NCBI GenBank assembly: GCA_035468355.1
Contig: DATITA010000012.1
Location: forward strand, 15,228 to 79,227
DNA: 64,000 nucleotides
Source: Candidatus Dormiibacterota bacterium
GTDB taxonomy: Bacteria; Chloroflexota; Dormibacteria; Dormibacterales; Dormibacteraceae
Direction: 5' to 3'
The notes under the pieces: generated by a model
The model's input: the letters and a program-made list of their open reading frames with translations, nothing else
Told to the model about the DNA's origin: nothing
Database searches by the model: none
Made by a program: the position numbers and the translations under genes
Shown: piece by piece, positions 17,712 to 26,978 of the stretch
How positions within the stretch are numbered: position 1 is the first letter of the stretch
Layout of the letters: each line of letters opens with the position of its first letter

Positions 17712-17740
17712 TTTACATCTCTAAACTCGATTGGTAATCC
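17712..17740 (+). promoter_or_regulatory. weak promoter candidate in the divergent region between paralogs B and C
   Basis: TTTACA, a 17-nt spacer, then TAATCC, within a locally AT-richer stretch. Confidence 0.25.
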
Positions 17741-17791
17741 GTGTCAGGCGGGCGTTTCCGGTCGGCTGCGCCGTGGGAAAGATGAGGAGCC

Positions 17792-18631
17792 GTGGAAGTC
17801 CGCCTGAGGAGAAAGGCCGGCCGGCGCCGGTCTGAAGGCATTCGCTGGGGCGGGATCGCGATCACGGTCATCGCGGCGATCGTCCTCGGCGGCGCCACAG
17901 GCGGGGCCGCGCGACACTACCTGAACGCAAGGGTGGCGCGGCCGCTGGCCGGCGTGACCGAGATTGCGGCACAGCCGATCCCCACGAGCGAGCCGGCCGT
18001 CATCCCGACGCCGGAGGCCCTGCCGGACCACGTCCTCCTCCAGGTCCCGTTCACGACGCAGGCCCCGTTGAACAACTGGGCGCAGCATCAGGAAAGCTGC
18101 GAGGCCGCCAACCTGGCGATGGTGGTGGCGTACTGGCAGCACGACCAGGCTGTGGTCATCGATCCCCACGCCGCGGACGCGACGATCCGCCAGATCGATT
18201 CCTGGAAGCCGCAACCCGATCTCAACGACACGATGATGGGCGAGCTGGCTCAGCAGCATTTTGGGTACACGTACCGCATCGTGCCCAACGACCCGCATGT
18301 GATCGCCGAGCAGCTTTCAGCGGGTCGCCCTCTCCTTGCAGAGGTGCGTACCCACGGGCTCGGTAACGCTCACTATCCCGGCTACACCAGCCACTACGAG
18401 CAGACGAGCTGGTCGGTGCCCCACTTCGTCGTGATCATCGGCTACGACAGCGCGGGGGTCTGGCTCAACGACCCGGGCATCTCGGCGGGGCGTGGCTATC
18501 ACATCAGCTACGCCCAGCTCACGCACGCGATCGCGGACCTCGACCAGCACCATCCCGCGCTGGCGCAGGGCCAGGTGCTTCTGCTGGTGGCGCCCGAGTC
18601 GCCGGTCAAGGTGAGAACGGGAAACTTCTAG
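17792..18631 (+). CDS. membrane-anchored C39-like cysteine peptidase (paralog C)
   Basis: VPFTTQAPLNNWAQHQESCEAANLAMVV ... PHFVVIIGYD ... VWLNDPG. Clearly paralogous to 16881..17645. The start codon is uncertain. Confidence 0.65.
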   Translation: MEVRLRRKAGRRRSEGIRWGGIAITVIAAIVLGGATGGAARHYLNARVARPLAGVTEIAAQPIPTSEPAVIPTPEALPDHVLLQVPFTTQAPLNNWAQHQESCEAANLAMVVAYWQHDQAVVIDPHAADATIRQIDSWKPQPDLNDTMMGELAQQHFGYTYRIVPNDPHVIAEQLSAGRPLLAEVRTHGLGNAHYPGYTSHYEQTSWSVPHFVVIIGYDSAGVWLNDPGISAGRGYHISYAQLTHAIADLDQHHPALAQGQVLLLVAPESPVKVRTGNF

Positions 18632-18662
18632 CGCCCGCTCGCCTCTAACTCATACTCTCGCC

Positions 18663-20126
18663 GTGGGCGACCAGTCTCCGGGCGCCGCCGCCGACCAGCT
18701 CGGCTCGCGGGCCGTGAGCAACTCGGTCCTCATACTCGGCGCCCGCGTCGTCTCCCGTGTCATCTCGCTGGTCGTGGTGATCGTGCTCGCCAACGCTCTC
18801 GGCGACACCAACTACGGTCGGTACACGACCTTGATCGCGTACCTGGCCCTGGTCTCGGTGGTGGCAGACTTCGGCTTCAACCCGCTCTACACGCGCGAGG
18901 CGGCGCGCTCGCCACAGGAGATTGGCGATTTCCTAGGCACTCTGATGGTCTTCAAGCTCGTCCTCGCCGCCGCGTCGGCCGTGATCCTGGCGATAGCTCT
19001 CCAGGTGGGCGCGGGTCTACCGGGCCTGATCATTCCCGGCGCGGCGCTGCTAGTGGCCACCGCCTACGCCAACCTACTTCGCAACACCTTCTATGCGGTG
19101 GGCCGCGCTGAGTTTGACGCGATTGCGATCATCGCCGAGATCCTCATCCAGGGCGGTTTGATCCTGCTCGGCTCCCGGCGACACGCTGACGTCAACTTCT
19201 ATATCTGGGCGTACGCCGCCTCCTTTCTGTTCACGGTGGTCTATTCGCTGGTGGTCATCCGCGTCTTCGATCTTGGACGAGTGCGCATCGGCCTCGACCT
19301 CCGGCTCGTGCGGCGCTGGTTTCCACTGGCGATCCCGTTTGGGATCACCTTCTTTCTGACCAACCTCTATTTCCGGGCCGACGTCCCGATCTTGCAGCAC
19401 TTCCGCTCATTTGCCGAGGTCGGCTGGTACACGTTCGCCTACAAGCCCTTCGAAGCGTTGCAGTTCATCCCCCTGGCGATCCAGGTTGTCGTGTACCCGC
19501 TTCTCAGCGTGTATTTCGTGAGCGACGCAACGCGGCTCAAGCTCGCGTACGCGAGGTTCTTCAAGGTGCTGCTGCTGCTCGGGTGGCCCCTCACCGTCGG
19601 CACCTTCGTGCTCGTGCATCCAATCGGCCGCCTGTTTCACCTGTTCCCGCAATCCGAGCCCTCGCTTCGCATCCTGGCGATCGCGATCGTCTTTCTGTTC
19701 TGCAGCTCCGCCTTCTACGCGATGCTCAACGCGATCAACCGCCAGCACCTAAACGCCTGGGCCACCGGCCTCGCCGCGGCTCTCAACATCGGCCTCAACC
19801 TGGTATTCATCCCCAGGTACGGGTACCTGGCGGCGAGCACCACCACCGTGCTGACGGAAGCCGCCCTGTGCGCTTTCGGCTGGTGGTTCGTCCAGCGCAA
19901 TCAGCCCGAGTTGAGGCTTCCGGTGATCTGGCTCGGCTGGCGCATCGTGCTGGCCGGCGCGGTGATGGGCGTCGTGCTCTATCCGCTGGCCAGGTTCTCC
20001 ATCTTCATCAGCCTTCCCGCTGGATCGGTCGCCTATTTGGTGGCGATCTACCTGCTGCGGGCGATCGACCCCGAAGAGTGGCGCCTTGCGCGCCAGGGGC
20101 TCGTGGCCCGGCTCCGGCCCGCGTAA
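18663..20126 (+). CDS. MOP-superfamily flippase (Wzx/MurJ-like polysaccharide or lipid-linked oligosaccharide transporter)
   Basis: 487 aa and about 14 TM helices. The N-terminus (NSVLILGARVVSRVISLVVVIVLANALG..YGRY) is typical of the family. Confidence 0.7.
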   Translation: MGDQSPGAAADQLGSRAVSNSVLILGARVVSRVISLVVVIVLANALGDTNYGRYTTLIAYLALVSVVADFGFNPLYTREAARSPQEIGDFLGTLMVFKLVLAAASAVILAIALQVGAGLPGLIIPGAALLVATAYANLLRNTFYAVGRAEFDAIAIIAEILIQGGLILLGSRRHADVNFYIWAYAASFLFTVVYSLVVIRVFDLGRVRIGLDLRLVRRWFPLAIPFGITFFLTNLYFRADVPILQHFRSFAEVGWYTFAYKPFEALQFIPLAIQVVVYPLLSVYFVSDATRLKLAYARFFKVLLLLGWPLTVGTFVLVHPIGRLFHLFPQSEPSLRILAIAIVFLFCSSAFYAMLNAINRQHLNAWATGLAAALNIGLNLVFIPRYGYLAASTTTVLTEAALCAFGWWFVQRNQPELRLPVIWLGWRIVLAGAVMGVVLYPLARFSIFISLPAGSVAYLVAIYLLRAIDPEEWRLARQGLVARLRPA

Positions 20127-20165
20127 CCGACTTTCGCCCTCGGCCGTTGGCTTGGGCGAGGTCCG

Positions 20166-20171
20166 TAGAAT
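20166..20171 (+). promoter_or_regulatory. -10-like box TAGAAT, 17 nt upstream of the PBP start codon
   Basis: TAGAAT hexamer with no clear -35 element and no SD before the ATG at 20189. Confidence 0.25.
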
Positions 20172-20188
20172 CAACGCGCCTCCCAACC

Positions 20189-22468
20189 ATGGCTAAAAAC
20201 ATTCCCGAAAAGATCAAGACGAAGGCCGGGCACACCCCACGCGCCCGCATCCATGCGGGATGGTCGCCGATCGGTCAGAGGATCCGCCGCAAGCTGCTCG
20301 TCCGCGGGCTCGGAGCTGCGCTCGCGGTCCTGATCGTGCTCGGGTTCGCCGCGGACGCCTACGCGCAGTCCTTTTTTGACAGCCTTCCATCGATCCAGGG
20401 ACTCGATAGCGCCGCGTTCGCGGGAGACACGGTGATCACCGACAAGAACGGAGTCCTGCTCGCTGACGTGGGAAACCATGGCGACCACCGCCTTGCGGTG
20501 AAGCTCAAAGACGTCGCGCCGGTCGTGATCCAGGCCACGGTCGCGATCGAGGACAAAGGCTTCTACACCAACCCCGGCTTCGACATCCAGGGCATCATCC
20601 GCGCCGCTTTCGACAACCTCCGTTCAGGACACATCGTCAGCGGCGCGAGCACCATCACGCAGCAGCTGGCCAAGCAGCAGTTCCTGACCCCTGACCAGAC
20701 AGTCAGCCGCAAGATCAGGGAGCTGGCGCTCGCGTACGAGCTAAGCCAGACGTACTCCAAGGACCAGATCATGGAGCTGTACCTGAACAAGAGCTTTTAC
20801 GGATCGCAGTCCTATGGGATCGAGGCGGCGGCCGGGAGCTACTTCCACGTCCCCGCCTCCAAGCTCGACCTCGCGCAGGCCTCGGTCCTGGCCGGGCTGC
20901 CCCAGGCCCCGACGGAGTGGAACCCTGTGCTCCACCCCGACGCGGCCAAGCTCCGCCAGACACAGGTCCTGCAGGCGATGGTGAGGTCGGACTACATCTC
21001 GCAAGCGGACATGGACAAGGCGCTCGCAGAGCAGCTGACCTACCAGGCGCCCATCAACAGCTTCCTCGCGCCGCACTTCGTGGACTACGTGCAGGCCGAG
21101 CTGCGCCAGCTCGGATTCCAGCCCGGCGTCCAGCAGCTGAACGTCAAGACGACGCTCGACTACCACATGCAGCAGATCGGTGAGGCGGTGGTGAGCAACA
21201 ACCTGGCCGCCAAACCCGGACGTGGCTGCTACAGCAGCGGCGTCCCAGACGGCTGGTCCTACCTGTCAGAGGCAGGCGCCAAGTGCTGGGACCCCAGGGG
21301 CCAGCTCTCGTCCGGGATGATCGCCGAGGATCCGAAGACAGGCGAGATCCTGGTCATGGTCGGATCGCCGAACTACAACGCTTCGGCCGGTCAGATCAAC
21401 TACACGACCATCCCCCGGAACATGGGCTCGTCGATGAAGCCGTACACCTACGGCAGCGTTTACAACGCACGGGCGGCGACGGTTGACACTCCCGTCTACG
21501 ACGGCCCGAGCCCGCTGATCTACAAGGACTGCTGCAGCACCACGCAGTTCCGCAACTACGACAACAAGACCCACGGCGTGCTGCCGCTCAAGAAGGCGAT
21601 GGGCAACTCGCTCAACATCGCGGCCGTCAAGGTCGAGCTGTCGATCGGGGTGCCCGCCGTCCTGTCCTGGATGCGGAACCTGGGTGTCTACCCTCGCTTC
21701 GTCAACCCGGACGGCACCTACAACGCCACCGCGCCGGCCGACGAGTACGGGCCCTCGCTGACTCTCGGCGGCTACCCCATCACGCTGCTGGAGCACGCGG
21801 GCGGAGTCGCCACGTACGCCGACATGGGCGTCTACCACAGCCCCCAGGCGATCCTGCAGGTCGCCGACTCGCATGGCCAGGTGCTCTACACGGACCACCC
21901 CGACCAGCGAGCGCGGCAGGCGATCGACCCCGGCGTGGCTTTCCTGATGGCCCAGACGATGTCTGACGACCAGAACCGCTGCATGGTGTTCGGCTGCAAC
22001 AGCGCCTTGCACTGGAAGGACCGCACCGTCGCCGCCAAGACCGGGACGACCGACAACTTCAAGGACGCGGTCACCGTCGCGTTCACGCCTGACATCGCCG
22101 TCGCGCTCTGGGTCGGCGACGTCCTCAACAACAACTACACGATGGTCAGCGGCGCGGACGGAGTGTTCGTCGCATCGCCGGCGGTGCACTCGTTCGTTTC
22201 GCAAGCGCTCGCGGGCGTTCCCGGCAACCGCTGGTACACGCCTCCTCCGGACGTCGTCTCCGGCGCCAACAACAGCTGGTTCCTGAGCGACACCCCCAGC
22301 GTCGCCAAGCTGCCCGGGGACAACCCGCCCAGCCCGACGCCGACGGGGCCGACTTACGTGCTGCCTCCCGACCCCGGTACCGGACCGGTGCTCGCCAGCC
22401 CGTCGCCGACCCCACTTGCCAGTCCCACGGCTTGCCCTAATCCCAAAAAGCAGCCGCCGAACTGCTAG
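20189..22468 (+). CDS. class A penicillin-binding protein (glycosyltransferase + transpeptidase)
   Basis: GT51 motifs (AIEDKGFY, GASTITQQLAK, RKIRE), transpeptidase motifs (SSMKP, KTGTT), and a Pro-rich C-terminal tail. I chose the ATG at 20189 (MAKNIPEK...); the ORF track's N-terminal extension overlaps the flippase gene. Confidence 0.9.
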   Translation: MAKNIPEKIKTKAGHTPRARIHAGWSPIGQRIRRKLLVRGLGAALAVLIVLGFAADAYAQSFFDSLPSIQGLDSAAFAGDTVITDKNGVLLADVGNHGDHRLAVKLKDVAPVVIQATVAIEDKGFYTNPGFDIQGIIRAAFDNLRSGHIVSGASTITQQLAKQQFLTPDQTVSRKIRELALAYELSQTYSKDQIMELYLNKSFYGSQSYGIEAAAGSYFHVPASKLDLAQASVLAGLPQAPTEWNPVLHPDAAKLRQTQVLQAMVRSDYISQADMDKALAEQLTYQAPINSFLAPHFVDYVQAELRQLGFQPGVQQLNVKTTLDYHMQQIGEAVVSNNLAAKPGRGCYSSGVPDGWSYLSEAGAKCWDPRGQLSSGMIAEDPKTGEILVMVGSPNYNASAGQINYTTIPRNMGSSMKPYTYGSVYNARAATVDTPVYDGPSPLIYKDCCSTTQFRNYDNKTHGVLPLKKAMGNSLNIAAVKVELSIGVPAVLSWMRNLGVYPRFVNPDGTYNATAPADEYGPSLTLGGYPITLLEHAGGVATYADMGVYHSPQAILQVADSHGQVLYTDHPDQRARQAIDPGVAFLMAQTMSDDQNRCMVFGCNSALHWKDRTVAAKTGTTDNFKDAVTVAFTPDIAVALWVGDVLNNNYTMVSGADGVFVASPAVHSFVSQALAGVPGNRWYTPPPDVVSGANNSWFLSDTPSVAKLPGDNPPSPTPTGPTYVLPPDPGTGPVLASPSPTPLASPTACPNPKKQPPNC

Positions 22469-22511
22469 ACCGCCGGCGAGCCGCGACTCGGTTCACCCGT
22501 AGCATTACGGG

Positions 22512-23843
22512 GTGCCTGGTTCCCTGAACGTATCGACCGAGCCGCTCCCGCGAAGCCAGGTCGGCATGACGATCGAGGTGCCGGCCGAGGTGGTCGACGC
22601 CACGTATGAGCGGGTCCTTAACCGCCTGGTCTCCCGGGCTCGCATCGAAGGCTTCCGGCCCGGCCGGGCGCCCCGAGCGCTCGTCGAGGCTCGGCTCGGC
22701 CCGGCCGTGCTCCGAGAAGAGGTGGTCGAGACGATGGTGCCCGAGATCATGCGGCAGGCGCTTGACGAGAGGTCCATCGACCCCATCGACAACCCGGACG
22801 TCGAGGTGCTCGAGCTGGAGCGCGGCCGGCCGGCCCGCCTCAAAGCGACGATCAGCGTGATGCCCGAAGTGACCCTCGCCGACGCCAGGTCGCTGAAGCC
22901 GACGGTCCCGTCGATCGAGGTCACCGAACCGATGCTGGAGCGGCGCCTCGAAGACGTGCGCCAGCCGATGGCCGAGATCACCCCGGTGGAGCGTGAGGTG
23001 CGGTCCGGCGACATCGCCATCATCGACGTGGAGGTCGAAGTCGACGGCGAGCTCGTCGCGTCGGAAAGCCGCCAGGCGATGGAGGCCGAGATCAAGGAGG
23101 GGGTACTGCTGCCCGAGCTCCTCGAGGTCCTCCCCGGCGCCTTCGTCGACGAGTCCCGCGAGGCCCGGGTGACGTTTCCCGACAACTACAGCGAGCCCGC
23201 CCTCGCCGGCAAGGAGGCCACGATCCGGGTGACGGTCCGCGGCGTCAAGGAGAAGGTCCTGCCGCCCCTCGACGATGCGCTGGCCAAGATCCTCAGCAAC
23301 GGCGCTCACGACACGGCGGCTTCGTATCGCGATTCGGTTCGGGCGGAGCTGGAGCAGGCTGCGAGGGACATGGCGCAGATGGAGCGCGAGCAGGCGGTGG
23401 TGCGAGCGCTGGTGGAAGCCTCGACGGTGGAGGTGCCCGAGACCCTCGTCGAGAAGGAGCTCACCAGTCAGCTCGAATCCCTCGAGAGGAGCCTGAACCG
23501 GCAGGGGCTGAAGCTGGATCGTTACCTGGAGTACGTGGGCAAGACGGTCGACCAGTGGATCACGGACGCGAGGCCGGACGCCGAGGCGCGCATCAAGGTC
23601 GACCTCGTGCTTGGCGAGTTCGCCCGGCAAGAGGGCCTTGAGCCGTCCGACGAGGACGTCATCGCCTTCCTGGAGGAGCAGGCCGGCAGGGACGACGATC
23701 TGAAAGGCCAGGTCGCCGAGCTGAAGAAGAGCGCAAGCGCGCGCCGGTACTTCGCGTCGCGGCTCCGCCGGGTGCGCGTCCTGGAACGGCTCCTCCAGGT
23801 GGTCGTCCCCGAAGTTGACGGCATCGGGGGATTGCCTGTCTAG
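22512..23843 (+). CDS. tig: trigger factor
   Basis: N-terminal ribosome-binding signature GFRPGRAP; 443 aa; lies upstream of clpP-clpX. Confidence 0.9.
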   Translation: MPGSLNVSTEPLPRSQVGMTIEVPAEVVDATYERVLNRLVSRARIEGFRPGRAPRALVEARLGPAVLREEVVETMVPEIMRQALDERSIDPIDNPDVEVLELERGRPARLKATISVMPEVTLADARSLKPTVPSIEVTEPMLERRLEDVRQPMAEITPVEREVRSGDIAIIDVEVEVDGELVASESRQAMEAEIKEGVLLPELLEVLPGAFVDESREARVTFPDNYSEPALAGKEATIRVTVRGVKEKVLPPLDDALAKILSNGAHDTAASYRDSVRAELEQAARDMAQMEREQAVVRALVEASTVEVPETLVEKELTSQLESLERSLNRQGLKLDRYLEYVGKTVDQWITDARPDAEARIKVDLVLGEFARQEGLEPSDEDVIAFLEEQAGRDDDLKGQVAELKKSASARRYFASRLRRVRVLERLLQVVVPEVDGIGGLPV

Positions 23844-23846
23844 AAT
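23841..23846 (+). promoter_or_regulatory. -10-like box TAGAAT overlapping the tig stop, 6 nt before the clpP GTG
   Basis: TAGAAT at 23841..23846 and GTG at 23853. The nearest TTGACG lies 20 nt upstream, which is poor spacing. Confidence 0.25.
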
Positions 23847-23852
23847 GACCTT

Positions 23853-24545
23853 GTGCACGACATGAGCCGAACCGAACGTCCATCGAGCTACCTCGTCCCG
23901 ATGGTGGTCGAGAACACAGGCCGCGGCGAGCGCGCCTTCGACATCTACTCCCGCCTCCTGAAGGAGCGCATCGTTTTCATCGGCACCCCGATCGACGACC
24001 AGGTTGCCAACCTCGTCGTGGCGCAGCTTCTCTTCCTACAGTCGGAAGACCCGGAGAAGGAGATCGCCGTCTACATCAACAGCCCGGGCGGCCAGGTGAC
24101 TGCGGGCCTCGCCATCTACGACACGATGCAGTACATCCGCCCACCGGTCTCAACGATCTGCATCGGCATGGCCTACTCGATGGCCGCGGTGCTGCTTGCC
24201 GGCGGAGCCCACGGTCAGCGGTACGCGCTGCCCCACGCGAACATCCTCATCCACCAGCCCTGGGGCGGCATGCAGGGCCAGGCGTCAGACATCCAGATCC
24301 ACGCCAAGGAAATCCTTCGCACTCGCGAGCAGCTGAACCAGATCCTGGCGCGCCACACCGGTCAGAAGATCGAGAAGGTGACGCTCGACACCGAGCGCGA
24401 CTACTTCCTCACGTCAGAGGCGGCCAAGGAGTACGGGTTGATCGACGACATCATCCTCACCCCGACCAAGCCGCTGGGGGCGGACAAGGAAAAGGAAAAG
24501 GCGAAGGACGCCGAGAAGGAAAAGGAGAAAGTAGCGGCCGGATGA
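23853..24545 (+). CDS. clpP: ATP-dependent Clp protease proteolytic subunit with a Lys/Glu-rich C-terminal tail
   Basis: [28 protein letters not shown] and IHQP. Start at GTG 23853 or ATG 23862. Confidence 0.95.
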   Translation: MHDMSRTERPSSYLVPMVVENTGRGERAFDIYSRLLKERIVFIGTPIDDQVANLVVAQLLFLQSEDPEKEIAVYINSPGGQVTAGLAIYDTMQYIRPPVSTICIGMAYSMAAVLLAGGAHGQRYALPHANILIHQPWGGMQGQASDIQIHAKEILRTREQLNQILARHTGQKIEKVTLDTERDYFLTSEAAKEYGLIDDIILTPTKPLGADKEKEKAKDAEKEKEKVAAG

Positions 24546-24736
24546 TCTTTCGACGCAAGAGCAAGGGCGGCGAGGTCAAATGGCATCGGCCGAAATGCTC
24601 GTTCTGCGGCAAAGCTCAGGGCGAGCGCGGAATCAGACTCGTAGCCGGCTCCGGCGTCTACATCTGCAGTGAATGCATAAGCGTTGCCAACGAGATGCTG
24701 TGGGGTCATAATCCCCCGGCGCCAGCATCTTCTTAA
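24542..24736 (+). CDS. stand-alone ClpX-type C4 zinc-finger (ZBD) protein
   Basis: 64 aa: ...[36 protein letters not shown]... This parallels the ClpX N-terminus ([35 protein letters not shown]). Its ATG overlaps the clpP stop (ATGA). Confidence 0.65.
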   Translation: MIFRRKSKGGEVKWHRPKCSFCGKAQGERGIRLVAGSGVYICSECISVANEMLWGHNPPAPASS

Positions 24737-24755
24737 AGGACATACCAGGGAACCC

Positions 24756-26033
<1,278 letters not shown>

Positions 26034-26053
26034 GACCGATTAGTCTTCGGCCT

Positions 26054-26851
26054 GTGGAGGACCTGCGTGGCAAGACCGTCCTCCTCACCGGAGCTTCTGC
26101 GGGGCTTGGACCTCACATTGCGCGCCGGCTGCATCGCGCCGGCGCGAAGTTCGTCCTTTCGGCTCGCAGCGGGCCCGCGCTGAGAAAGCTCGCCAAGGAG
26201 TTGGGCGGCTCGCGGGTCGTGGTGGCGGATCTTTCGCTGCCCGGCGAACCGGAAAGGCTTGCCCGGGCCGCGGGCCGCGTTGACGTGCTGGTCTCCAACG
26301 CTGGACTGCCCGCGAGCGGCGCGCTGACGAGCTACACCATCGCGCAGCTGGATCGTGCCCTGACGGTGAACCTTCGCGCCGGAATCGTGCTGGCGCGCGA
26401 GCTCGCGCCGGCCATGATCAAGCGCAAGTCAGGCCACCTGGTGTTCATGTCGTCTGTCGCCGGCAAGGTGCCGACCGCCGCCGCCACCCTGTACCACGCC
26501 ACGAAGTTCGGTCTCCGCGGATTTGGGCTCGCGCTGCGCGAGGAGCTCTGGGGCAGCGGAGTCGGCGTCTCGGTGATCTATCCGACCTTCGTCAGCAAGG
26601 TGGGAATGTGGGCGGAGACCGGATTGAAGGTGAACCCAATGGCGGGTGAAGTCTCGCCGGAGCAGGTGGCTGAGGCTGTGTGGTCAGCCATCACCAAGAA
26701 CCGCGGCGAGGTCGACGTCGTGCCGTTCCAGGTGAGGGCAGGTGTCGTGGCCCAGGCTCTAGCGCCGGGCCTGTTCACTTCGATCGCCCGCTCGACAGGG
26801 GCCACGCGAGCCATCGATGATCTGACCGAAAGGCAGCGCTCCAAGCGTTAG
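26054..26851 (+). CDS. short-chain dehydrogenase/reductase
   Basis: TGASAGLG, NAG and YHATK (Y-x-x-x-K). Confidence 0.85.
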   Translation: MEDLRGKTVLLTGASAGLGPHIARRLHRAGAKFVLSARSGPALRKLAKELGGSRVVVADLSLPGEPERLARAAGRVDVLVSNAGLPASGALTSYTIAQLDRALTVNLRAGIVLARELAPAMIKRKSGHLVFMSSVAGKVPTAAATLYHATKFGLRGFGLALREELWGSGVGVSVIYPTFVSKVGMWAETGLKVNPMAGEVSPEQVAEAVWSAITKNRGEVDVVPFQVRAGVVAQALAPGLFTSIARSTGATRAIDDLTERQRSKR

Positions 26852-26978
26852 AATTCACCAAACCATGAGCCGCCACGAGAGCGTCGGGCCTGTATCCGTA
26901 CCCTCGCCGGCTCAGTCGCGCTAAAAGCGACCTTCGTGCCGGCGCATTCCACCTCCCAAGAGCGATGAAACACGCCCA

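Noticed and set aside
26852-26978. A possible T-box or other leader RNA upstream of valS.
   Set aside because: Only ~127 nt are available. I could not find a T-box consensus, a specifier-loop arrangement, or a terminator/antiterminator pair.
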